Assembly (NCBI GenBank): GCA_040770645.1
Contig: JAXGIS010000002.1
Coordinates: 165,972-229,971 of the forward strand
Origin: Thermoleophilia bacterium
GTDB taxonomy: Bacteria > Actinomycetota > Thermoleophilia > RBG-16-64-13
Direction: 5' to 3'
Length of the DNA: 64,000 nt
The notes beneath the pieces are model-generated. The model made no database searches and was not told the origin of the DNA. It saw only the letters and a list, made by a program, of their open reading frames with translations. The first letter of the stretch is position 1. Every line of letters starts with the position of its first letter. Made by a program: the position numbers and the translations under genes. Positions 46,242 through 56,665 of the stretch are shown one piece after another.

Positions 46242-46637
46242 ATGATAGTGGCTAGACGAGAGCGCCGGGAACCCCAGCAGGAGCGGGATCGGGAAAGAGA
46301 CCGGATAGAATCTGACATCGAGGAACCAGAACGAGAGTCAGTCGTGGCACTCAAGGGCATCCTGACCAAGACCTCGTCTCTCCAGAAACCGCTGGGTCTG
46401 ACTCCTCAGGAAGCTGCAGCTCTCGTCCAGCGTATGTATGAGAATGTACTGGATGCGGACGCTCGGCTGAGTGGGGAGTCAGAGGAAAAACGCAAGCAGA
46501 TCCTCACGGCCTACGTGAGCCAGATGGAAGTCAGGCGCGAGGACGATGAGTTGGTAATTGACTATCCGCCACTCGGCCCGCCGTCTGCTGCCGGATCGGA
46601 CTCATCCACCCCGTCCGAAGCGGCCACCACCGGCTGA
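46242..46637 (+). CDS. Hypothetical protein
   Basis: Charged helical ORF preceded by extended -10 TGaTAGAAT at 46152-46160; converges on mtnP. Confidence 0.7.
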   Translation: MIVARRERREPQQERDRERDRIESDIEEPERESVVALKGILTKTSSLQKPLGLTPQEAAALVQRMYENVLDADARLSGESEEKRKQILTAYVSQMEVRREDDELVIDYPPLGPPSAAGSDSSTPSEAATTG

Positions 46638-46655
46638 CGAGACGCCGCGGAGTAA

Positions 46656-47486
46656 TCAAGCGCTGATCACAGCTCCGCTGAGCGCATCGGGGCAGGGGCA
46701 AAGTAGTTCCGTCTCGAGCCGAGGTATGAGCCGAAAGAGCATGGCGCGCAACCGGTCGATACCCGCGGCGAACTCCGCCAATACCTCAGCCACCGTAACC
46801 GGCGCTATATTGGGATCATCAATCAAGCCGGCGTCGAAGTCGGTGACGAGCGCTATGGTCGCATAGCAGAGCTGCAGCTCACGTGCCAAGTGGGCTTCCG
46901 GGAAAGCAGTCATGTTCACCACATCCCAGCCTGCGGCGCTGAACCACCGGCTCTCGGCTTTGGTTGAGAAGCGCGGACCCTGGATGATCACCACCGTGCC
47001 CCCGTCGTGCACAGTGAACCCCAACTCCCGACACGTCTCCACTACCCCCGCGCGCAGCCTCGGGCAGAAGGGCTCTGCCCCCGACACGTGGACCACCTGG
47101 GGACCTTCATAGAAGGTGTCGTTACGGCCCCACGTCCGATCCACATACTGATCGCACACCACCAGATCCCCCCGACCCAACTCCTTCCGCAGACTGCCAC
47201 AGGCGCACGGGGCCAAGATCTGTCTGACCCCCACCTCCTTCATGGCCCATAGGTTGGCGCGATAGTTGATCTTGTGAGGGGGGATGGTGTGCCTCCGCCC
47301 GTGCCTGGGGAGAAATGCCACAGAACGACCCCCGATCTCCCCCACAAAGAGAACATCACTGGGGTCACCATACGGCGTCTGCACAGTGACTTCCCTCACC
47401 GACTCCATGAGTGAGTAGAAACCGGAGCCGCCAAACACCCCTATCTCAGCGCGCGCTTCCCCTGAGTCTCCTTGCGCCTGTGTCAC
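46656..47486 (-). CDS. mtnP: S-methyl-5'-thioadenosine phosphorylase
   Basis: IGVFGGSGFY, TPYGDPS, LPRHG, INYRAN, GPRFSTKAES, VNMT, VTDFD. Confidence 0.93.
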   Translation of the reverse strand: MTQAQGDSGEARAEIGVFGGSGFYSLMESVREVTVQTPYGDPSDVLFVGEIGGRSVAFLPRHGRRHTIPPHKINYRANLWAMKEVGVRQILAPCACGSLRKELGRGDLVVCDQYVDRTWGRNDTFYEGPQVVHVSGAEPFCPRLRAGVVETCRELGFTVHDGGTVVIIQGPRFSTKAESRWFSAAGWDVVNMTAFPEAHLARELQLCYATIALVTDFDAGLIDDPNIAPVTVAEVLAEFAAGIDRLRAMLFRLIPRLETELLCPCPDALSGAVISA

Positions 47487-47911
47487 GGTTGGGCCTCCCC
47501 ACCCTCGGTTTCGGAGGCATTCTGCTCCCGGCTGTTGGACTCCGGGACATCCTGCCCAACGGCCTGGGAAGTGACGTCGGGCCTATTTAGCTCGGCAACA
47601 AAGGCCAGTTGCATTTGGGACAGCACTTCGCGGTACGCATCAGCCTCCTCATCGATGCCCGCCGCCACCAGAGCTTCCGAGAGCACACGGAAGCACTCAA
47701 TGGCCAGATGCGCCTGGCCCAAATCGCGCAACTCCTTGTCAGCCTCGCCCATCCCCAGCCGCTGTACGGCCAACGTGGAGAGAGAGGCCAGCATCCTGCG
47801 CACATGTTCGGCCACGGACGTCTGTTTGAGCTCGCGCTCCAACTCGGACAACAACTCCGCGGTCAGCTTCGCCCGCTCCGCCTCACCGTTCCGCACTTCG
47901 TCAGGCTCCAT
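47483..47911 (-). CDS. Hypothetical protein, DUF1844-like
   Basis: LSTLAVQRLG...RDLGQAHLAIE...LSQMQLAFV helical pattern; overlaps mtnP start by 4 nt; SD GGAGG. Confidence 0.65.
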   Translation of the reverse strand: MEPDEVRNGEAERAKLTAELLSELERELKQTSVAEHVRRMLASLSTLAVQRLGMGEADKELRDLGQAHLAIECFRVLSEALVAAGIDEEADAYREVLSQMQLAFVAELNRPDVTSQAVGQDVPESNSREQNASETEGGEAQP

Positions 47912-47985
47912 ACCTCGTCCCTCCTTTGCATTGTTGTGCCATTTTGCGCCTCACCGGGGTCAGATCAGCAGGTTACCAAACCCAC

Positions 47986-47994
47986 TGCTAGAAT
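47986..47994 (+). promoter_or_regulatory. Extended -10 promoter for ECF sigma gene
   Basis: TGcTAGAAT about 30 nt before the GTG start; SD GGAGG. Confidence 0.55.
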
Positions 47995-48023
47995 GACCGC
48001 CTGTACCCCCGCGCTGGAGGCAA

Positions 48024-48683
48024 GTGGCCGTCAGTCCGCTCGAACTCAACAGTGAAATGGACCTCGTGACGCGTGCCCGTCAAGGTGATGAGACCGCGCT
48101 GACTGAACTGTACCGTCTCCACGAGCGCAAGGCATACAACGTTGCCGTGCGCATGCTGGGCAACCCCTGGGACGCGGCAGACGCCACGCAAGAAGCCTTT
48201 ATCAAAGCATTCGGCGCGCTGGATCAGTTCCGGGGAGAAGCCCGCTTCAGTACCTGGCTGCACCGGATCGTGGTGAACGTTGTACGCGACCACCTGCGTC
48301 GACGTCAGACCAATCCCATGGAAGCTGAGGAGCTCGACAGGTTGACCGGCCTAGACTCGTCTGAGCCCAGAGGGCATCTGGTGGGAGGCCGCGAGAGCAT
48401 TATCGATCCTGTGACCGATGGTCTCTCGGCTCCGCTGCTCGAAGCCCTGCAGTCACTCGACGAGCGTTTCCGTTTGGCCGTGGTCCTCTGCGACTTGCTC
48501 GGCTTCGACTACGCCGAAGCCGCCCGCATCCTGGAAGTGCAGGAAGGGACAATCAAGTCGCGCATCTTTCGCGCCCGGGCCGATCTGGCTTCGTATCTAC
48601 GCCGTGCGGGCTACTCCCCTACTATCAAACCTGGAGGAACCGGCACCAGTCCAGAGTCGTCATACCAGCAATCCACAGATTGA
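48024..48683 (+). CDS. ECF RNA polymerase sigma factor (SigM-like)
   Basis: DAADATQEAF, FRGEARFSTWLHRIVVN, YAEAARIL...GTIKSRIFRAR. Confidence 0.93.
   Translation: MAVSPLELNSEMDLVTRARQGDETALTELYRLHERKAYNVAVRMLGNPWDAADATQEAFIKAFGALDQFRGEARFSTWLHRIVVNVVRDHLRRRQTNPMEAEELDRLTGLDSSEPRGHLVGGRESIIDPVTDGLSAPLLEALQSLDERFRLAVVLCDLLGFDYAEAARILEVQEGTIKSRIFRARADLASYLRRAGYSPTIKPGGTGTSPESSYQQSTD
48636..48663 (+). promoter_or_regulatory. ECF-type promoter inside the sigma 3' end, facing the anti-sigma gene
   Basis: GGAAC-17 nt-CGTCAT, about 25 nt before the anti-sigma start. Confidence 0.65.
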
Positions 48684-48686
48684 GTA

Positions 48687-49910
48687 GTGATGGGCATGGA
48701 ACATAACACCTCTTCGTCCGAATTCGGCAATACCGGGCCCAAACCCCTGGGGCACATTGACGAGTGGGCGGATCTGGCCCTCGACTACATCGAAGGCCGC
48801 TTGGATGCCCATCAGTTCTCTCTCGTGGAGCACCACATATCCTCGTGCGCTCCCTGCCGCGAACGCTTGGAGGAACAGCGTTGGATAGCGGGGTGGGCCG
48901 CCTCCGTCCGGCCGGCAGAGCCGCCTGCTGATATGGAGTCGCGCATCATGGCCGCTCTACACCCGCACACCGAGCGACCATCCTGGCTTGCCTCCGCCGA
49001 TACCACCTACAGTGACGCCTTGGTGCCGGTATCACCCGCGGCGCGCACCGCCGGCCCCGAAAACGCGGCTCACCATGCGGGCACCCGCGAACGTCGCCGG
49101 GCCGCGCGCGAAGCCCCCGCACCATCCTGGGGCGAGCGTTTGCGGTCTCTCTTCCAACCCCGCAACCTGGCCATAGCCGGTGCAATCATCGCTGTGGTGA
49201 TGGTGGGCACAGTAACGTTCCGCTCCCAACAGACAGCCGTGGAGAGCATTGCGGGCGCCCGACAGGCCACCAGTACCGCCGCGGCCGTGACCCAAGTTCC
49301 CGCCTCGGGCGACCAAGAACAGGCACCAAGCCCTTCCGAGGCCCCCGTTGCCCCTACTCCGTCCAGCACAGGCGTGCAGCCCACAACCACTGCCGCCGGC
49401 ATCAGCCTCACAACAACCACCAACGGCTACACGCTGACGTCGGCCGGAGTCACCAAAACCTCTCCCGCAACCACCGGCCAAACGACCGACGGCACCCTGA
49501 CCTCAGAGCCGATGGTGTCATCGAGCATCACCGGAGCCCCGGAGCCGCTGTGGGTGGCGTTTTCGCGCGGCGATACCTCACCGGAAGTGACCGCCGCCGG
49601 GTTCCAGGAGATCACGGGTCTGTCCCCGCTACCTCAGGATCACTGGATGGGCGGGCCCACTTTCGCCGTGGTGGCTTCAGTGCACGAGGTGGCAGCCCTG
49701 CTCGATAGCCTACATCAGCATGGATTCCGGGCCGAAGCCTCGAAACAGCCGATCGATGTTTTGGGCAATGCCGTCAACCTGATCTTGGCCGGATTCACCA
49801 GTTACCCGGTCATCTCCTTGTCCGCGGGGGCGATACGCACCTCCCACGTCAGCTACGCCACGCTGCCGCCCCGAGATCAGGCACTCTTGGTGTTCTTCAC
49901 CTCACGGTAG
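48687..49910 (+). CDS. Zinc-binding (zf-HC2) transmembrane anti-sigma factor
   Basis: HISSCAPC HxxxCxxC motif, single TM, Thr/Ser/Pro-rich linker, extracytoplasmic domain; directly after sigma. Confidence 0.88.
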   Translation: MMGMEHNTSSSEFGNTGPKPLGHIDEWADLALDYIEGRLDAHQFSLVEHHISSCAPCRERLEEQRWIAGWAASVRPAEPPADMESRIMAALHPHTERPSWLASADTTYSDALVPVSPAARTAGPENAAHHAGTRERRRAAREAPAPSWGERLRSLFQPRNLAIAGAIIAVVMVGTVTFRSQQTAVESIAGARQATSTAAAVTQVPASGDQEQAPSPSEAPVAPTPSSTGVQPTTTAAGISLTTTTNGYTLTSAGVTKTSPATTGQTTDGTLTSEPMVSSSITGAPEPLWVAFSRGDTSPEVTAAGFQEITGLSPLPQDHWMGGPTFAVVASVHEVAALLDSLHQHGFRAEASKQPIDVLGNAVNLILAGFTSYPVISLSAGAIRTSHVSYATLPPRDQALLVFFTSR

Positions 49911-50032
49911 CGAACTGTGGGCCCCGCGCCACAGCCATACGACAGGGCCGTCGCGCCCGGGAGTGAAAGTTGGGCGGGAGGACGGGAGCATGAATAGACC
50001 GCCCGGCCGCCATGGTGTAAGATAAGCGGCCG

Positions 50033-50106
50033 CGGGGCGTGGCGCAGCCTGGCAGCGCGCATCGTTCGGGACGATGAGGTCCCGGGTTCAAATCCCGGCG
50101 CCCCGA
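50033..50106 (+). tRNA. tRNA-Pro(CGG)
   Basis: CGGGGCG/CGCCCCG stem, CATCG-TTCGGGA-CGATG anticodon arm, GGTTCAAAT. Confidence 0.95.
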
Positions 50107-50110
50107 CCTC

Positions 50111-53100
50111 TCATTTCTCCTGCCCGTCCACACCTCCGCACAGCGGGCGCTGAGGACACGCTGCGCAGCCCTCACCATTGGCCGGGAACTCTCCCGCCTT
50201 CAACCGGCGCACCATGACTGCAGGTTCCTCCGTAAGCGCAGGCACGTCCGCCGATGTGAACCTGGTGGTGAAAGGTTCCTCGGGTCTCTCCAGGAACAGG
50301 AAGGTCACGTCCACAGTGGCAGCGCCGGCTCTCAACACGGCCAGAGCGTACAACGATCTCTGGAGTAGATAAGGTGCCACCGCCTCGCGGACTCCGCCGG
50401 CGCCCAATCTGTTGGTTTTGTAATCGACGATGTGCCATCCCGGAGCAGTGGGGATCACCAGATCCATGACCCCATTGAGAAGCACGCCCTCCAGAGCAAA
50501 AGAGAACGTCAACTCCCGACGGGCGTGGCGCAGATCCGACCGCGCGACGGGAGACCGCCAGAACGCCGAGGCGAGTTCGAGACAGGACCGCCTGCCCTCT
50601 TCATTGAGCGTGAAGCCAAGATCGGTGCAAGCGACGTCAAACAGCTCTTCGAGCACGGGCGCCGCGGGGAGACCGGCGCCGAGGGGGCTCAATTCCAACA
50701 TCCTGTGCACCACGAGCCCGCGTTCGATCCCACTGCCGTCCTGCGCGTCGGCGCGGTCTGCCGGATCGGGCAGCCCGGCGCCCGCCGCGCTTGTCTCTTC
50801 CACCGGCATGTGCAGCACACGTTCCAGATAGAAACGGCGCGGGCAGCGACGGTACAGGGAGAGCGCTGAGAAACTCAACGAGTTGAGGCGAGGGCCAAGA
50901 CGGGGACCTTGGGGGAACTCGGGGGGAGTCATGCTCTGCGACCGCGCAGGAAGACCATCCATGGAAACCGAGAGGGGAAGCGCGCCCGCTTCACGCAAGT
51001 GGGCGGCAGCTTCGTTCCACGGGACCATCCATACCTGCAAATCAAGCCCGGGCACCGGGCGCCCGGAGGTGTTGCCCTCTCCAGACCCAGAGCCGACCGG
51101 TTCAGCAGTGCCTTCCTGAACATCCTCAAGCCCCATACCTATGGCGGCCATGAACCAAGAAAGAGGCCGCTCGGCCCAACGTTGGGGCCTGGCGCAGCCG
51201 ACCAGAATCAATCGTTCTCTGGCTCGGGTGGCCGCCACATAGCAGATACGGGCCTCCTCGGCCCTGTCGCGGCGCTTCTGCTCCTCTCTCAATTCTTCAT
51301 ACGGACCCAAGCACATGCGACCGTCCAGATCCCGAAACTCACCAGGTAGTGACACCCGCAGAGCCGCCCTCCCATCCGGGGTGAGAGTGAGAGACGAGCT
51401 CTCACCCGCCGGGAGTTCGCCCAGACCGGCCACAATCACGACGGGGAACTCCAGGCCCTTGGCTTGATGGACCGACATGACCCGGACCACATCTTCGTCC
51501 TCCGCGAGCACGTTGGCTTCGCCCTCTCGGTCATCGAGCTCACCTCTCCGCTCAATGTAGTCAAGGAAAGCTGCCAACTCCGGCCCCTCCACTTCTTCAA
51601 AATCATCCGCGAGGCGCATGAGTTTCCTCGCATTGGCCAGCCTTCTGCGTCCTCCGGGGGCACCCAGCAGCAGAAGATCGAGATCCAACGCCTGCATGGC
51701 GTCTTCGATGAGAATTGAAAGCCCTGGATGGAGGGCGCGGAGGCGCAAAGCCGTCACGGCCTCTACCAGCCGCTGAACCCGCAAGGCATCTGCCTCTTCC
51801 AGCGTATTGCCGGGAAGGTCCGCGAGGGCATCCCAGAGGGACGCCAATCTGCCTTTGCGTCGTTGCCGGCCCAACCGCAGAAGCCCATCATCACTCAGTG
51901 CCACCATGGGTGATCTGAGCACGGTTGCCAGCGCCAAGTCAGAGTGGGGTTCCACCAAGAGGCGAAGAAGAGCGGTCAGATCAGATACCTCATCTTGCCT
52001 GAAGTATCCACGCCCGCCTATCAGATACGCGTCTATGCCTCGCCGCTCGAGGGCCGCCAGATAGTCCCGGGCGTGCGTAGTCTTGCGTAGTAGGATCGCC
52101 ACGTCGCGCGCCCGCCAGCCCTCCTGGGTTACCAAGCGATGAACCCGGTCGGCCACAAGTCCCGCCTCAGCCCCCAGCAAAGCGGCCGCCTCCACCTTGG
52201 CCGGGCCTTCACTGCCTTCCGATGGAGTTGCTTCTATACCCACGGCATGCAGTTCTGCCGCCGGCCCCACAGTGCCGATGCGGCACTGAGGCCTCCCGTC
52301 CCGAGCGGCCGCCAGAGGCTCGAACTCCTCCCCGAAGAACGCATCTGAACTGAACAGGTGATTCACCACCTCCACCAGAGCGGGCGCCGAGCGAAAACTG
52401 ACAGACAGCGGCACATATCGCGCCGCCCCGCTGCTTGCCGTCCACGGAGCCGACAGGCTTTGCGGACGATGCCCGTCCGCCCAGAGCCTCTCCCGCCTGG
52501 ACCTGAACACCTCGCAATCTGCATATCGGAAACCGTAGATACTCTGATGGTAGTCACCCACGGTCGTCAGAGAGGCAGGTGCCAAGGCATCGAACACACC
52601 GCACTGCAACTCGTTGGTGTCTTGGAACTCGTCAACCAGAAGATGAACGAGCTGACCGGCACCACCATGCGCTTTCACCAAAGCCAGAGCCTCGATCTCG
52701 AGATCTGAGAAGTCGAGCACATTCCGCGCCGCCTTGAGTTGAGCGTACTCGGCTCCGAGCCCTCGCAGGAATATATTGGCCATTCGCGCCACGCCCACCA
52801 GGTATTGCTCCCCCAGCAACCGACACAGATCCACCAACGCCGCCTTGGTCTCTCCGAAGAGGGCCTTGGCCTTCTCCCCACTCATGTGAGGAACCAGTTC
52901 GGCCGCCTTCTGAATCACTGAAGGCTCAGGGCGGCATACCGAGAGCCACTCGCGACAGGTCAGCGCCTTGCGGTAGTTGTTTCTCGACGTCGGGTTGGGA
53001 AGACCATGGGCGGACACCTCCTCATCGAGGCGGTCGAGCGCCGAACGAAGGCGCGATACCGCTTCCGCCGCGTCGTGCGGGTTGGGAAAGCTGAGCACGG

Positions 53101-53612
53101 GGTTGCGGTGCCCGGCCGCCCGCAGACCCCGAAAGGCATCCAGCGCTACCGTGCGCAGCAGACCCGCGTACCTCGCCAGTGTCTCCAGATCTTCCGCCGG
53201 CGAATCGGCGATGAGTCGGGACCACGCCCGCTCTAGGGCGTCGTCGAGCAGGATGGCCGCTTCACTTTCATCTAGAACCCGAAAATCGGTCTGAAGCCCG
53301 TGAGCCAGCCCCTCCGAGCGTATGATGCGCGCGCAGAGACTGTGAATGGTACCGATGGGCGCTTGGTCCAGCTCGGCGGCCAGATCCAGTCTCCCCAGGA
53401 TGATGAGCCGGGAACGGATACGTGCGCGCAACTCCCCGGCGGCTTTGCGGGTGAAGGTGACCGCCCCCACCTCTCGTGGCGAACACCCGCGCTCCAATAC
53501 GAGACGGAGGTATCTCTCCACCAAGACCGACGTTTTGCCGCTTCCCGCCCCTGCGGAGACGAAGACCAGTGGTTCCGGTGGCCTCCACTGCGCGCAACTG
53601 CTGCGGTGTCAT
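50111..53612 (-). CDS. AddA/AdnB-like UvrD helicase-RecB nuclease (indel near 53575)
   Basis: MTPQQLRAV Q-motif, [65 protein letters not shown]. Confidence 0.9.
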
Positions 53613-56507
53613 ACGGATCTCAGCCACCACCGTCCCCCGGCGCATACGGCAGATCGGGCCCATCTGACAGTAACGCGGGCAGACGACGCCGGGAGGAAGC
53701 CCGTAACGACCTCCGCGCATGCCCTCCACAGCGGCGGCCGCCGCGTGTCGACAGTCTTCCAGCAGCGAGTCGCGTCCCTCGTAATCGATGGAGCGCCACG
53801 GGGACCGCGCCCCCACGAGAGGCTGTCCCGCTTCGGTGACAAAACCCGATGCCTTCCCTGCTCCCAAGACCAAGTATCCGCCCGCCACTATCTCGCGCTG
53901 CGGATGGAGCTGCTGGAGCGCCAGCATGTACAGCGGCACCTGCAGGCTGCCGGAAGCGGCCCAGTCTCGCTGTGGCACGAACTTACCGGTCTTGTAGTCG
54001 ATCACAGCAAAGAGACCCTGTTCCGCGTCCAAGTCGAGGCGGTCGATACGACCCCGTACGATCACGCCCTCGCCCAAATCCACCCCCGCCGCTGGGAGTG
54101 CGTACTCCGTCAACACCGTGGCGTATTCCGCACCCTGTCCCGCCTCCCGGCGAAGATGATCGCGCACAAGGTAGCCCGCGTGCGCCGACAGCAAAGCCGC
54201 CCGCCCCTCGTCAGTGCCTTCCTCAGATGCTTCTCGTGCCAGTATCTCTTCGGCCACATCCTCGGCTTCCTTCACCGTGTTGGGACTGAGAGGGAGAAGC
54301 TTCAGACTACCCAATGCGGGGTAAAGCGCAGCCAGAACTGAGTGCACGAGCGACCCGAGTTCCAGTGAATCACCAGGCTCACCGGGTATTTCCACCCCCA
54401 CCATCTTCTCCAAGAACCAAAGAACGGGGCAACGTGCGTATGTCTCGATTTCGCCGGCGCTGAAGCTGTTCTTGGCCGCAAGCCACGCCACATTCTCCGA
54501 ATCGCGGAGGCTGATCTCCAGCCTGCCTGCCCCCTCCCTAACGCGCAACCACGAGACCGCATCCACTCCCTGCGGCAAGATCCCAGAAGCGGCGCACGAC
54601 CGGGCAAACTCGCGCGGGCTGGGCGCCAATGACGGCTCCCAGACAACATCGGCCAGCGTGCGTGTCCGCCAGGGAGTGAGCTCAGGGAAAGCCTCCAGCT
54701 TCTCCTCCAGGAACGGGGAGGCGGAAAGCGGCCCGCCGTCGTCGTCGGCCATCCGCTGCGACAGATAGACCATCCGCGAAGCAGCCGACACAGCCGTGTG
54801 AAACAAGAAGGCATCCTGGCCTTCGACCGCTTCGTCGACAAGACGAACGCCGGCGCAACGGTTGCAGTCCCGACGCAGCCTCGCCGACAGCAGACCACGT
54901 GCCCCCTCGGCCTCCGGGAACTCCTGGTCGACCAAACCCAGCACGAAGGCTACTTCCGGCCGCCGCAGGCGCATTCGTGTTGCACTTACCAGGGACAATG
55001 CGTCCACCGGATCGACGGCTGCCCTGAGCCGTGTCTCGGCCAAGAAGTCGAGAAGTGCCCCGGCGCTGAGCCCCGACAGCGCACCTTGGCGTCCGGGCTC
55101 ACCCAGTTCGTGCGCACCCATGAGCAGTCCCCAGTCACCCATGGCTTGCATGGCCCCACACACCGCTTCTGCCGCACGCACGTCCCAAGCCTCAACTTGC
55201 ACGGATTCCGGGGCACCCGTCACCCACAGCCGACGCAACTGGCGCGTAGCCTCACTCACCGCCCCTGGAACCAAGCGGGACCCGCTTCCCGTACCACTAA
55301 CACACGCGTGGAGGTCAATCTCCTCCGGCATCGCAGCACGTTTGCCCGTGAGTTCCTCCCTCAACCCACGCAGCAGAGCGTGGCCCAATCTGGTCTCCCC
55401 CAACCTCACGGGTGCATCAAGCGCGAGCGGCACTCCGTACCGTGCACAGACCCCCAGGGCCATTCGCCGCCAAGGCCCTACCCTACGAGCCACGAACATC
55501 ACTCGGCTCGGTGACAGCCCTTCTCTCATGAGCTGCACCACTTCGGCCACGGCCGTTTCCAACTCCCCACGCCGTCCAGATGACTTCAGTAACCGGTATT
55601 CAACTCCGGCCGTTGCCGACGCCTCGCCCGCGACCTCAGCTTGCGACCGCGGGACGTGGACAGCCCCGCCGTCAAGCCACCTGCCAACCTCGGCGCCCAT
55701 GAACTCCGTGGCATACGATCCATCCCACCCTGATTCCACTACCACAGGCACGGAGCGAGCCACGGCTTGAAGAAACCTTTGCTGCGCCGGAGTGAAGGTT
55801 AGGAAACCGCAGCAGGCAAGCGGGCGGTTCCACTGCCGCCCATCAATATCTCCGGAGTCCCACAGGCCAACGCCCACCGGACGAGCTACGTGACCCCCAC
55901 CACCCCCATATTGCAGTGCGGCTAAGCGGACCCGCCTCGATCGGCTCTCGACACCAGTCTCGCGACACAGGCGACCGTAGCCGGAGACGATGAGCGACAG
56001 TTCGCCGGCCAATGTACGGGCCGTCTCCCACCTGGTCCCCGCAGCCCAGGCGGCGAGAGCATCACGGATCTGATGATCGTCGAGACCCGACTCCTCAAAC
56101 TCCTCCATGAGATCTACGAGGGCGGGCAACGGGCGCTGCAGCCTACCCAGCACCGACCCTTCACGGCCCCACAAGGGCAAACCGGCTTCGTAGACGAATG
56201 CTTCACGTACCAACGGCGGTACCCATTGCGCCTGTGACCCAAGGCAGGCAGTCACCACATCATCCACTGTGCCCACCGTCGGCCCGCCCAGGATCACACC
56301 CTCCTCCTCAGCCAGGCGACGCGTGAGATCCAGAGCCTCTCCCCTAGACGGCACCACCACGAACGGATCCCTGCCCTGTGCACGCTGCATCCGACGCCAA
56401 GCCAGCACCAGCTCCAGCGCATCCACACCATTGAAGCCGGTCAGGAGCACGACCCCGGGCCCATCGTGCGCAGTCAGAGCATTCAACATGAAAGGCTTCT
56501 CCGCCAA
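53609..56507 (-). CDS. AddB-like subunit: degenerate helicase scaffold + PD-(D/E)XK nuclease (3' end uncertain)
   Basis: No intact Walker A; VLGLVDQEFP, SAGEIETYARCP, RGRIDRLD, VIDYKTG, LQVPLY, CPRYC..IC. Confidence 0.85.
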
Positions 56508-56665
56508 TATCTAGAGTAGAGCCACAATTTCGCCATCTTTCCCAACTCGGAGCCCATCAACCGGCCCACCCACCATCCCACTCAGCCATTGTATCTGGAT
56601 GACGGGACGCATCCGGAAGAAGATCGAAGCAACACCCGTCCGCGATTCTGCGCTACCCTACAACC

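Noticed and set aside
50033-50111. tRNA-Pro(CGG) as an island attachment site
   Set aside because: No integrase, no duplicated tRNA 3' end seen, no compositional shift
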